64,000 bases of DNA from an uncultured Gemmatimonadales bacterium (GCA_963716255.1 OY970303.1:7264001-7328000), one strand, 5' to 3'. Numbered from the stretch's first letter, positions 46,608-55,751 are shown. Numbers and translations: made by a program. The notes: generated from the sequence alone by a model not told the origin.

Positions 46608-47903
46608 GTGCGCGTGGACGAGCTGCTGAACACCGCGCCCTGCGGCTTCCTCGCCTTCGGGGACGACGGCACGGTCGAGCAGGTCAACGCGACGCTGCTG
46701 GACACGCTCGGCTACGCGCGGGAGGAGCTGGTGGGGGCGCACGTGGAGCGCATCCTGACCATCGGGAGCCGCATCTTCTACCAGACCCACTGGTTCCCGC
46801 TGCTCCGGCTCCACGGCCGCGCCGAGGAGATCTTCCTGCTGCTGCGCCCGCGCGCCGGCGAGGACGTGGGCGTACTCGTCAACGCGGTGCGGCGGGAGCG
46901 CGGCGGCGGGATCCTGTACGACTGCGTCCTGATGCAGGTGCGGGAGCGGCGCAAGTACGAGGACGAGCTGCTGCGGGCCAGGCGGACCGCGGAGCTGGCC
47001 GGCGCCGAGCTGGAGGGGCAGAAGCGGGTGCTGGAGCAGGCGAACGCGCTGCTGGAGGCGCAGGCGCTGGAGCTGGAGCTCCAGCAGCAGCAGATGCAGG
47101 AGCAGGCGGCCGAGCTGGAGCTGGCGGGCGAGGAGCTGCGGGTGATGAACGAGGACCTCCTCGCCCGGACGGAGGAAGCGGAGCACCTGCGGGAGGTGGC
47201 CGAGGAGGCCAACCAGGCAAAGAGCACCTTCCTCGCGGTGATGAGCCACGAGCTGCGCACGCCCCTCAACGCCATCTCCGGGTACGTCCAGATCCTGGAG
47301 ATGGGGATCCACGGCCCGGTCACCGCGGCCCAGCGCGACACCCTCGGCCGCATCGACCGCAGCCAGCTCCACCTGCTGCGGCTCATCAACGACGTCCTGA
47401 ACCTGGCCCGCATCGAGGCCGGGCGCGTCGACTACCTGGTCGAGGCGGTCGCGGCCGCGGAGCTGGTCGCCTCGGTGACGCCGATGATCGAGCCGCAGAT
47501 GGGGAGCAAGGGCGTGGTCTTCACGGTGGAGGTCCCGCCGGAGCTGGTCGTGCGCGCCGACCGCGAGAAGGCGCAGCAGATCCTGCTCAACCTGCTCGGC
47601 AACGCGGTCAAGTTCACTCCGGCCGGAGGCCGGGTCCGCGTCGCCGCCGAACGGTCCGCCGGGGCGGCCCGCGAGCTCCTGCTCCGGGTCCACGACACCG
47701 GCATCGGGATCCCGCCCGGGAAGCTGGAAGCGGTTTTCGAGCCGTTCGTGCAGGTGGACGCGAGCCGCACGCGCGCGGCCGAGGGCTCGGGGCTGGGGCT
47801 GGCCATCAGCCGGAACCTGGCCCGCGGGATGGGCGGGGACATCACGGCCCGCAGCGTCCCCGGCGAGGGGAGCACGTTCACGCTGGTCCTGCCGCTCGCG
47901 TGA
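46608..47903 (+). CDS. Cytoplasmic PAS, coiled-coil, HisKA, HATPase sensor histidine kinase
   Basis: RsbP-like PAS (LNTAPCGFL...SRIFYQTH.FPLLRLHG), Q/E-rich coiled coil, H box MSHELRTPL, N box NLLGNAVKF, G1 DTGIGI, F box FEPF, G2 GSGLGL. No TM helix seen. Confidence 0.93.
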   Translation: MRVDELLNTAPCGFLAFGDDGTVEQVNATLLDTLGYAREELVGAHVERILTIGSRIFYQTHWFPLLRLHGRAEEIFLLLRPRAGEDVGVLVNAVRRERGGGILYDCVLMQVRERRKYEDELLRARRTAELAGAELEGQKRVLEQANALLEAQALELELQQQQMQEQAAELELAGEELRVMNEDLLARTEEAEHLREVAEEANQAKSTFLAVMSHELRTPLNAISGYVQILEMGIHGPVTAAQRDTLGRIDRSQLHLLRLINDVLNLARIEAGRVDYLVEAVAAAELVASVTPMIEPQMGSKGVVFTVEVPPELVVRADREKAQQILLNLLGNAVKFTPAGGRVRVAAERSAGAARELLLRVHDTGIGIPPGKLEAVFEPFVQVDASRTRAAEGSGLGLAISRNLARGMGGDITARSVPGEGSTFTLVLPLA

Positions 47904-47988
47904 GCCCGGCCGCGGCGCGCAGATCGGCCTTTCCGCGCCCGGCGAGCCCGCGGCCCGAGCCCCCCGGCGGACGGACGGAAGCAGCGAG

Positions 47989-48906
47989 ATGATCCCACGC
48001 TGGCGTACGTACCCGGGCGCGGCCGACCCGCGGGCCCTCCCCATGCCGGTCGTGGTGGGCTCGCCCCGCTCCGGGACCACCCTGCTGCGCCTGATGCTGG
48101 ATTCCCACCCGGAGCTGGCCATCCCGCCGGAGACCGGCTTCCTGGCGCTCGCCCCCCGGCTGCGCGGGCGCGGGGACCGGCTGCGCGACAGGTTCTTTCA
48201 CGCGCTGACCACCTACGGGGAGCCGTCGCCGGCGTGGCCCGACTTCGAGATCCCCGCGGCGGCGTTCCGGAGCGCCCTGCTGGAGATCTCCCCCTTCACC
48301 GCGGCCGCGGGGTTTCGCGCCTTCTACCGGCTGTACGCGGAGCGCTTCGGCAAGGCGCGTTGGGGCGACAAGACCCCGCTGTACTGCATGCAGGTGGACA
48401 CCATCCGCCGCGTCCTCCCCGAGGCGCGCTTCGTCCACCTGGTCCGCGACGGGCGCGACGCCGCCCTGTCGCTGCGCCGCATGTGGTTCTCGCCCGGCCA
48501 CGACATCGAGACGCAGGCGGCGTACTGGCGCCGCTGCGTCCTCGCCGCGCGCCGCGCGGGGCTGGGCCGTCCGGACTACCTGGAGGTCCGCTACGAGGAC
48601 CTGGTCCTGCGCACCCGGCCCACGCTGGAGCGCGTCTGCGCCTTCGTCGGCCTGGCGTACCACGAGGCGATGGAGGGCTACCCCGCGCGCGCCGGCGAGC
48701 GGCTGGCCGAGCACAAGGGACGCTCGGCGCCGGACGGGACGCAGCTGCTGAGCCGGGAGCAGCGCCTTGCCCAGCAGGAGCGCACCACGCGCGCGCCGGA
48801 TCCGGGGCTGGTGGGCGCCTGGAAGGAGGCGATGAACCCCGAGGACCAGGCGAGGTTCGCGCGGGTGGCCGGCGGCCTGCTGCGCGAGCTGGGCTACGAG
48901 GTGTGA
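47989..48906 (+). CDS. PAPS-dependent sulfotransferase (Sulfotransfer_3-like)
   Basis: 5'-PSB loop VVGSPRSGTTLL, WGDKTP, 3'-PB VRDGRD...S, VRYEDLV. Alternative start ATG 48043. Confidence 0.9.
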   Translation: MIPRWRTYPGAADPRALPMPVVVGSPRSGTTLLRLMLDSHPELAIPPETGFLALAPRLRGRGDRLRDRFFHALTTYGEPSPAWPDFEIPAAAFRSALLEISPFTAAAGFRAFYRLYAERFGKARWGDKTPLYCMQVDTIRRVLPEARFVHLVRDGRDAALSLRRMWFSPGHDIETQAAYWRRCVLAARRAGLGRPDYLEVRYEDLVLRTRPTLERVCAFVGLAYHEAMEGYPARAGERLAEHKGRSAPDGTQLLSREQRLAQQERTTRAPDPGLVGAWKEAMNPEDQARFARVAGGLLRELGYEV

Positions 48907-48931
48907 ACAGGGGTTTTGAACCGAGGGTCGT

Positions 48932-49449
48932 ACGGCGGGTTCGGGCGTGCCCCCGGCTGCGCCGGGGTCGGGCTTCGGCTCCGTAAGGCGAGCAAACAAC
49001 GCTCGCCAACGGAGTCGAGCCCCGGCGGAAACAGCCCCGCCGGGTCTCGCCCCTTCGGGCCGAAATCCCTCACGCGGGCATCGCGCTGGCGTCCGCGAGG
49101 GTGGTCCCCCTCACCCCCCTGCACCCTTTCCCCGCAAGCGGGGGAAAGGGGGGACGACACGGCAACCCCCCTCCCCCCGGCCCCCTCCCCCGCAAGGGGG
49201 GAGGGGGAGCACGACATGACGCCGGCGGGGATCGTCCGCGTGGAGATTCCCCTCCCCCGGAACGGGGGAGGGTGGCGAGCCTAAGCGAGCCGGGTGGGGG
49301 CCCGCCGTCGCGTGAGGGATTTCGGCCCGAAGGGGCGAGACCGCGCGGCTGTTTGCGCGGGCTCGACTCCGTTGGGCTGCGTTGTTTGCAGCCCTACGGA
49401 GCCGAAGCCCGACCCCGGCGCCAGCCGGGGGCACGCCCGAACCCGCCGT
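48932..49449. repeat. Structured composite repeat (MITE/BIME-like), copy 2, inverted relative to copy 1
   Basis: ACGGCGGGTTCGGGCGTGCCCCCGGC ... GCCGGGGGCACGCCCGAACCCGCCGT terminal inverted repeats. The internal segment 49165-49300 is approximately the reverse complement of 44531-44670. Lies between convergent sulfotransferase and glycosyltransferase genes. Confidence 0.85.
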
Positions 49450-50752
49450 TCCCCCCGCCGTTCCCCCCGCCGCTCCTCCCGTCATTCCTCCCGTCATTCC
49501 TCCGGTCGCCCGAACCCGAACCCGCCCCGGCCGGAAAAGAAACGCCCGCGGCGTCCGCGTACACCCGCACGACGCCCTCCACGAAGGCGCGCGTGGAAAA
49601 GAGCTCTTCCACCCGTTTCGCTCCCGCCCTCCCCATGGCGGCGGCGGCGGCCGGGTCGGACAGCAGCCGCTCCAGCGCGTCCGCGAGCGCGGCGGGGTCG
49701 CCCGGCTCCACCAGCAGCCCCGTGATCCCGTCGTCCACCTGCTCCGGCACCCCGGAGATGCGCGTCGCCACGACCGGGACGCCGAAGCGCATGGCCTCCA
49801 GGTTGGTGATGGGGAAGCCCTCGCCCCCCACCACCCGGTGCGACCGCCCGTCGAACCGCAGCTCCTCGCCGCTCACCGACGGCAGCACGGTGGCGTTGGC
49901 ATAGGGGTAGAACGCGAACGGCGAGTCGTGCCAGCCGGTGAAGGTGAGGTTGTCGATGCCGTGCCCGTCCGCCTTTCGCGCCAGCCAGGCGTGGTAGTCC
50001 GCGTGGGCGGGGATGAGGTCGCCGATCCAGAGCACGGCGAGCCGCTCCCGCCAGCCCCGCGCGTTGAGCAGCGCCAGCGCGTCGATCAGGTGGTGGCACC
50101 CCTTGAACGGGGCGAGCGACGCGAAGCAGCAGACGACCCTCACCCCGCGCGCGCGCAGCGATTCCAGGAAGGGAAGGGGGCGCGTGGGGAACGCGGCCGC
50201 GGTCATCCCGTTGTAGACCGTCACCGCCCGGCCCAGGGCGGCGGGCGAGAGCGTCCGCCGCGCGCCGTCGGACACCGCGATGATGCGGGCGGGGACGTTC
50301 TCCGTGACCCAGCGGCCCAGCCCCGCGAAAAGGAGCTCGCCATGCAGGTGCCCCACGACGGGCACCCCCGCCAGGCGCGCGGCGGCGGCGGCCAGCAGCG
50401 CGCCGCGCCCGTCGTTGACGTGCACCAGCCCGATCCCCCGGCGCCGGATCACGCGGCGCAGGCGGAGCGTGAACGGGACCAGCTCGCGGGCCGCGATCCC
50501 CAGCCGCGTCGCCAGCGAGGTGTGCAGGAGCCACCCGCCGAAGGTGCTCATGGCGGGACCGGGCTCGATCACCTCGCACGGGATGCCGTGCGCGCGGAAC
50601 GCCTCCGCCACCCGCCCGGGGGCGGCGACCACCACGTGCGGCTCGACCCACGGCGGGAGGTTGCGGACCAGCTCCAGGACGCTGCGGTTCGCGCCCGCCA
50701 TGCGGGTGTGGTCGGCGATCAGGTACAGCACGCGGAGGGGCGCCGCGCTCAA
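49394..50752 (-). CDS. GT4-family glycosyltransferase
   Basis: RVLYL...GANRSVLEL, K(G)CHHLIDA, EGFPITNLEAMRFGVPVVATRISGVPEQV..G.TGLLVEPGD. Likely TTG start at 50752 overlapping the upstream stop (TTGA). The 5' part of the 929-aa track ORF is shadow of the upstream gene. Confidence 0.9.
   Translation of the reverse strand: MSAAPLRVLYLIADHTRMAGANRSVLELVRNLPPWVEPHVVVAAPGRVAEAFRAHGIPCEVIEPGPAMSTFGGWLLHTSLATRLGIAARELVPFTLRLRRVIRRRGIGLVHVNDGRGALLAAAAARLAGVPVVGHLHGELLFAGLGRWVTENVPARIIAVSDGARRTLSPAALGRAVTVYNGMTAAAFPTRPLPFLESLRARGVRVVCCFASLAPFKGCHHLIDALALLNARGWRERLAVLWIGDLIPAHADYHAWLARKADGHGIDNLTFTGWHDSPFAFYPYANATVLPSVSGEELRFDGRSHRVVGGEGFPITNLEAMRFGVPVVATRISGVPEQVDDGITGLLVEPGDPAALADALERLLSDPAAAAAMGRAGAKRVEELFSTRAFVEGVVRVYADAAGVSFPAGAGSGSGDRRNDGRNDGRSGGGNGGGNGGFGRAPGWRRGRASAP
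49439..49510. repeat. Short 12-bp degenerate tandem repeat
   Basis: CCCCCCGCCGTT CCCCCCGCCGCT CCTCCCGTCATT CCTCCCGTCATT CCTCCGGTCGCC; encodes RNDGRNDGRSGGGNGGGNGG in the GT C-terminal tail. Confidence 0.7.
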
Positions 50753-52023
50753 GGCATCCCCCGCGTGGCCGTGCGGTAGGCGGCGAGCGTCTGCCGGGTG
50801 CAGCGGTCCCAGCTGAACTCCGCGGCGCGGCGGAGCGAGAGGGCACGGAGCCGGTCGCGGAGCGCGCCGTCGCCGAGCAGCCGGAGCACGGCTTCGCGGA
50901 GCGCGGCCTCGTCGCCGGGCTCCACCAGGATCCCGGCGTCTCCCACCACCTCGGGGATCGAGGAGGCGCGGGTGGCGATCACCGGGGTGCCGCACTGCAT
51001 CGCCTCCAGCGGCGGCAGCCCGAAGCCCTCGTAGAGCGAGGGGTAGAGGAGCGCGAGCGCGCCGCCGTAGAGCGCCGCCAGATCCTCGTCGGCCACGAAG
51101 CCGGCGAGGACCACCCGCGCGCCGCCCCGCTCCGCTTCCGCGAGCGCCCCGCGAAGGTCCGCGTCGTCGGGCAGCGGGCCGGCGACCACCAGCGCCAGGC
51201 CGCGCGCCCCGTCCTCGCGGACCGCGCCGGCGAAGGCGCGCACCGCCGCGCCCAGGTTCTTGCGGCGGTCCGCGCCGCCCAGCGCCAGCAGGTACGGCGC
51301 GTCCCCCATCCCCAGGTGGCCCCGCAGCGCCGCGGCGCGGGCCGCGCCCGCGCCGGGGTGGAAGAGGCGCGGGTCCGCCGCGAGCGGGACCACGAACACG
51401 CGCTCCGGGTCCACGCCCCCCAGCTCCTCCAGGTCGCGGCGGGTGGCCCGGGAGGTGGTGATCACCCGGTCCCCCGGGCGGAGGCCGGCGATCCTCGCCT
51501 CGGCGAGGTGGCGCTGCCGCGCCCCGTACAGGTGGGGGAGCCGCAGGGGGGCGAGGTCGTAGATGTTCACCAGCCGCTGCGGCGGCCTCCCCCGGCGCGG
51601 CGGCGGCGGGAGGCGCGCGCCCAGCGAGTGGAACACGTCCACGCCGGGCGACGCATCGCGCACGGGGGGGTGCAGCCTGCCGTCCACGCGCTGGGCGCCG
51701 TCGCGGAGGAAGCCGGGGAGCACTCCGCCCGGGAAGAGCGGGCGGAGCGAGCGGTGCACCGCCCGCGTGACCCGGCCCAGGCGGCCGCCGCCGCCCGCGG
51801 GCGGCGCCAGGAGCGGGAGGCCGCCCAGGGCCGGGCTGGAGCGCAGGTACTCCACGCAGCCGGCGAACGCGACGCTCGAATAGTTGGCGCACAGCAGCAG
51901 CTCGCACTCCCCGGAGCGCGCCAGCCCCTCGGCGAGGTGCTCGTGCACGCGGAAGGTGCCTCCACGCATCTCCGGAAACGCATGACCCAGACCCAGCACG
52001 GAAACGTTGAGCAGGACACGCAT
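50749..52023 (-). CDS. GT4-family glycosyltransferase (MtfB/WbaZ-like)
   Basis: NIYDLAPL..P, RKNL, LYPSLYEGFGLPPLEAMQCGTPVIA...SSIPEVVGDAG, FSW. Start ATG 52023 or GTG 52026. Confidence 0.92.
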   Translation of the reverse strand: MRVLLNVSVLGLGHAFPEMRGGTFRVHEHLAEGLARSGECELLLCANYSSVAFAGCVEYLRSSPALGGLPLLAPPAGGGGRLGRVTRAVHRSLRPLFPGGVLPGFLRDGAQRVDGRLHPPVRDASPGVDVFHSLGARLPPPPRRGRPPQRLVNIYDLAPLRLPHLYGARQRHLAEARIAGLRPGDRVITTSRATRRDLEELGGVDPERVFVVPLAADPRLFHPGAGAARAAALRGHLGMGDAPYLLALGGADRRKNLGAAVRAFAGAVREDGARGLALVVAGPLPDDADLRGALAEAERGGARVVLAGFVADEDLAALYGGALALLYPSLYEGFGLPPLEAMQCGTPVIATRASSIPEVVGDAGILVEPGDEAALREAVLRLLGDGALRDRLRALSLRRAAEFSWDRCTRQTLAAYRTATRGMP

Positions 52024-52107
52024 CACGTCGAGGCGGCGATGAAGAGGGCGGGAAGTTTCCCAAGGATACCCGCCCTTCCCGTTCCCGGCAACGCCCCGAC
52101 GCCCCCT

Positions 52108-52135
52108 TTGCCCGGTCTGCGTGCGCCGCTAGTAT
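52108..52135 (+). promoter_or_regulatory. Putative sigma70-type promoter for the 52201 operon
   Basis: TTGCCC-N16-TAGTAT in the divergent intergenic region, ~65 nt before ATG 52201. Pattern match only. Confidence 0.3.
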
Positions 52136-52200
52136 ACGCGCTCGCCGGGCCCCGGTATCCGCCCGCCGGGCCTCCGCCTGCACGAAAGAACGACGAATCC

Positions 52201-53025
52201 ATGTACACGCTCGCTCACTCCGAAGCCCACGACGCCTCGGACCGGGAACGCTGGAAGTCGGCCATGCTGGTGGTCGGCCACCCGGGCCACGAGCTCCGCG
52301 TGCACGCGTGGATGGAGATCGCCCGCCCCACCGTCTGCGTCCTCACCGACGGCTCGGGGAGCAGCGGCGAGGGGCGCCTGGAATCCACCACCCGGGTGCT
52401 GGAGCGCACCGGAGCGCGTCCCGGCCCCGTCTACGGGCGGATGTCCGACCGCGACGTGTACACCGCCATCCTGGACCGCGACCTGGACCTTTTCCGCGGC
52501 CTGGCGGACGAGCTGTGCGCCGCGCTGGTGGCGCACGAGGCGGCCTGCGTGGTGGGCGACGCGGTGGAAGGGTACAACCCGTCCCACGACGTGTGCCGGC
52601 TGGTCATCAACGCCGCCGTGCGCATGGCGAGCCGCGCGCGGGGCGCCCGGATCGCCAACTACGACTTCGTGCTGGTGGGGTCCCCGGACGAGGTTCCCGA
52701 GGCGGCGCGCGAACGGGTCGTCCGGCTGTCGCTGGACGACGACGCGCTGGCGCGCAAGCTGGAATCCGCCGGCGCCTACCCGGAGCTGGCGGCCGAGGTG
52801 GAGGCGGCGCTCGCGAAGTTCGGGGTGGCGCCCTTCCAGCGGGAGCTCCTGCGCCCCGCGGACCTGGACGACCGGCTGGGGTGGCCGGGGGACGAGGTGC
52901 CCTTCTACGAGCGGCACGGCGAGAAGCGGGTCGCGGAAGGGGTGTACGACCGCGTGCTCCGCTTCCGGGAGCACGTCGTTCCCGTGGCGGAGGCACTCTG
53001 GAGCCACAGCACGCGCGGTGGCTGA
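52201..53025 (+). CDS. Conserved hypothetical protein, divergent LmbE/PIG-L-like (deacetylase-fold) candidate
   Basis: LVVGHPGHE (compare AHPDDE), VLTDGS (compare LT.Ge) and EGYNPSHD (compare HPDH) occur in LmbE order. Coding-like codon bias begins at ATG 52201. Confidence 0.6.
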   Translation: MYTLAHSEAHDASDRERWKSAMLVVGHPGHELRVHAWMEIARPTVCVLTDGSGSSGEGRLESTTRVLERTGARPGPVYGRMSDRDVYTAILDRDLDLFRGLADELCAALVAHEAACVVGDAVEGYNPSHDVCRLVINAAVRMASRARGARIANYDFVLVGSPDEVPEAARERVVRLSLDDDALARKLESAGAYPELAAEVEAALAKFGVAPFQRELLRPADLDDRLGWPGDEVPFYERHGEKRVAEGVYDRVLRFREHVVPVAEALWSHSTRGG

Positions 53026-54187
53026 GCCGGGAGGGCGGGCGCTGCGCGTCCTGATCACCAACCGCACCCTCGCCACGCGGACGGGGACGGAGCTGTACGT
53101 GCGCGACCTGGCCTTCGCCCTGGCGGAGCGCGGGCACGCCCCGGTCGTGTACACCCCCCAGCCGGGCGACGTGGCGCGGGAGATCCGGGCCCGGACGATC
53201 CCGGTCACCGACGACCTCCTCGCCGTCGCCGAGCCGCCGGACGTCATCCACGGGCACCACGGGCTGGAAACGCTTGCCGCCCTGCTCGCCTTTCCCGGCG
53301 TCCCCGCGGTCGCGCTCTGCCACAGCTGGATCGGCTGGTCCGACGCGCCGCTCCCGTCCCCCCGGGTGCTCCGCTACGTGGCGGTGGACCACACCTGCCG
53401 CGACCGGCTCCGCTTCGAGCACGGCGTCCCGGACGAGCGCATCCGCGTGGTCCTCAACTCGGTGGACCTGGCCCGCTTCCGGCCGCGCCCCCCGCTCCCC
53501 GCGCGCCCCGGGCGGGCGCTCGTCTTCAGCAACGCCGCCGGGCCGGGACAGGCGCACCTGCCGGCGATCCAGGAGGCCTGCGCCGCCGCCGGGATCCGGG
53601 TGGAGGCGGTGGGCGCGTCCGCGGGGAAGTCGCTGGCCCGCCCGGAGGAGGCGCTGGGCGGCTACGACCTGGTGTTCGCCAAGGCCAGGGCCGCGCTGGA
53701 GGCCATGAGCGTGGGCGCGGCCGTCGTCCTGTGCGACGCGGTGGGCGCGGGGCCCATGGTGACCACCGCGAACCTGGACGGGCTCCGGCGGGTCAACTTC
53801 GGGATGCGGGCGCTCCGCCACCCGGTGACCCCCGCCTTCCTGGCCGGCGAGATCGCGCGCTACGACGCGGCGGACGCGGCGGCCGTTTCCCGGGCGGTGC
53901 GGGCGTCCGCGGGGACCGGCGCGATGGTGGACGAGCTGTGCGAGCTGTACGAGGAGGTGATCGCCGAGCACGCCGCCGCGGGTCCGGACGACCCGCTCGC
54001 GGAGCGGCGGGCCGCTGCCGCGTACCTCCAGCGGCTGTCCCCTCGCCTGCTCCAGCGCGACCTCCTGGCGAGCGCGTTCGGGGCGCTGCTGCGCAGGCCG
54101 CTCCTGGGGCGGCTCACCCGCCACGCGGCCGCGTCCTCGCGGCGCACGTGGATCGCGCAGCTCCTGCGGATGGATGGGCTGGACTGA
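53018..54187 (+). CDS. GT-B (GT4-like) glycosyltransferase
   Basis: RVLITN..L..RTGTELYVRDLA, PDVIHGHH, NSVDLARF.P, DLVFAKARAALEAM..G. GTG start overlaps the upstream gene end. Confidence 0.75.
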   Translation: MAEPGGRALRVLITNRTLATRTGTELYVRDLAFALAERGHAPVVYTPQPGDVAREIRARTIPVTDDLLAVAEPPDVIHGHHGLETLAALLAFPGVPAVALCHSWIGWSDAPLPSPRVLRYVAVDHTCRDRLRFEHGVPDERIRVVLNSVDLARFRPRPPLPARPGRALVFSNAAGPGQAHLPAIQEACAAAGIRVEAVGASAGKSLARPEEALGGYDLVFAKARAALEAMSVGAAVVLCDAVGAGPMVTTANLDGLRRVNFGMRALRHPVTPAFLAGEIARYDAADAAAVSRAVRASAGTGAMVDELCELYEEVIAEHAAAGPDDPLAERRAAAAYLQRLSPRLLQRDLLASAFGALLRRPLLGRLTRHAAASSRRTWIAQLLRMDGLD

Positions 54188-55478
54188 CCCCCCGGGCGGA
54201 CGGAGCGGGGTGACGCGGGTGCCGGCGCGGCTGCTGCGCTTCCTCCCGGCGCGCGGGGGGATGACGGGGGGACGCTGGGCCCTCCTCGCGCTCACCCTGT
54301 CGCTGGTGACGGGCGCGGGACGCTCCCTGATCGCCGCGCGCCTGATCGGCGCGCGCGAGGTGGGCGCCATGGGCATCGCCCTGCTGGTGCTCGCCGCCGC
54401 CGACGCGCTCACCGCGGGGGCGGCGGAGACGGCGCTGGTGAGCCACCCGGGCGACGCGGAGGCCGACCTGGACCCGGCGTTCACGCTGCGCGCGGCGCAG
54501 GGGGTCCTGGTGGCGGGGCTGCTGTGGGCGGCTGCGCCGGCCGTGGGCCGCTTCTTCGAGGCTCCAGGCACCGTGCCGCTGGTGCGGGCGCTCGCGCTGG
54601 TCCCGCTCCTCCGGGGGCTCGCCAACCCCGCGGCCGTCCTCCTGGTGCGGCGGATCGAGTTCCGGCGCCTGTTCTGGTGGGGGCTCCCGGAAGCGGTGGC
54701 CGGGACCGCGATCGTGGTCGCCGTGGGCCTCCTGCGGCGCGACGCGTGGGCGCTGGCGGCGTCGATGATCGGCTCGCAGGCAGTGGCCACCGCCGTGTCG
54801 TACGCCATGGCCCCGCGCGTCCCGCGCCTGGCGCTCGGCGGCCCCGGCCTCGCCCGTCTCCTGCACTACGGCCGGTGGATGCAGGGAACGCGGGTGCTCA
54901 TGTTCGCGGGCCTGTACCTGGACAACCTGCTGGTGGGAAAGCTGCTGGGCGCCTCCGCGCTGGGGATCTACCAGATCGCCTTCCGCATCGGCGAGATCCC
55001 CGTGGTCACCGTGGGCCGCGCGGCCGCGCAGGTCTCGCTTCCCGTGCTCACGCGGCTGCGGCGGCGGCCGGGCCGCCTGCGGCGCGAATACCTGGGCACG
55101 CTGCGCCTGGTCCTCGCGGTGAGCGCCGCCTTCGCGGCGGGGCTGGCTCTGGGCCTGCGGCCCGTGGTCGCCCGGCTGCTGGGACCGGAGTGGCTCCCCG
55201 CCGTCCCCGTGGCGCAGATCCTGGCCGCGGCGATGGTGTTCCGCGTCTCCATGATGCTGGCGACCCAGCTGTTCTACGCCATGGAGCGCCCGCGCTTCGT
55301 GTTCGCCGCCAACGCCGTGCGCGTGGCGGTGCTGGCGCTCACCATCCTCCCGCTGCTCCGCCTTCTCGGCGCGTCCGGGGTGGCGCTGTCGGTCCTCCTG
55401 TCGTGTGTCGCCGGAGCGCTGGTGTGCGCGGCGGGGACCCGCGCCTTCCTCGGGGCGGGGCCCGGCGGGCAGCCGTAG
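54174..55478 (+). CDS. Wzx/WzxC-like oligosaccharide flippase (MOP superfamily)
   Basis: Many hydrophobic helices; ARLIG..E.G, LDNLLVGKLLGASALGIYQIAFR, LLGPEWLPAVP. The true start may be GTG 54210 or ATG 54261. Confidence 0.85.
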   Translation: MGWTDPPGGRSGVTRVPARLLRFLPARGGMTGGRWALLALTLSLVTGAGRSLIAARLIGAREVGAMGIALLVLAAADALTAGAAETALVSHPGDAEADLDPAFTLRAAQGVLVAGLLWAAAPAVGRFFEAPGTVPLVRALALVPLLRGLANPAAVLLVRRIEFRRLFWWGLPEAVAGTAIVVAVGLLRRDAWALAASMIGSQAVATAVSYAMAPRVPRLALGGPGLARLLHYGRWMQGTRVLMFAGLYLDNLLVGKLLGASALGIYQIAFRIGEIPVVTVGRAAAQVSLPVLTRLRRRPGRLRREYLGTLRLVLAVSAAFAAGLALGLRPVVARLLGPEWLPAVPVAQILAAAMVFRVSMMLATQLFYAMERPRFVFAANAVRVAVLALTILPLLRLLGASGVALSVLLSCVAGALVCAAGTRAFLGAGPGGQP

Positions 55479-55751
55479 CCGGGCGTCCCGCCGCGGACGG
55501 CCGCTCCCGGACGCCGTCCCCCTACGAGCCTCCAGCGCCCCGTCGGCCCGCCCCACGACGCCGGGCTCGGTCATGGGTGCTCCTGGTCCGGGGTTTCGCC
55601 GAGGGCGCGGATGCGCTCCCGCCAGCACCGCTCGAACGGACGCAGCCACTCGCCCGCCCCGGCGAGCGCGCCGGTGTTCAGGTGGTAGATGCGGCCTCGC
55701 GCCTTATACTTCTACTTTCGCCGACGTCGACCCGCTTCCGCCACCAGATCC

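Noticed and set aside
44300..49449. Repeat elements as CRISPR array, tRNA or known self-cleaving ribozyme
   Set aside because: No regular direct repeat-spacer period, no cas genes, no cloverleaf with T-loop, and no hammerhead core (CTGANGA...GAAA) seen by eye.
51316..52200. N-terminal extensions of ORF 51316..53025 (+) and 49394..52183 (-)
   Set aside because: They overlap the genuine GT at 50749..52023; the real starts are 52201 and ~50752.
54114..55584. Minus-strand AGGAG-N5-ATG at 55574 (MTEPGVVGRADG...)
   Set aside because: The frame runs antisense through the flippase with no recognisable domain; at most a gene relic.
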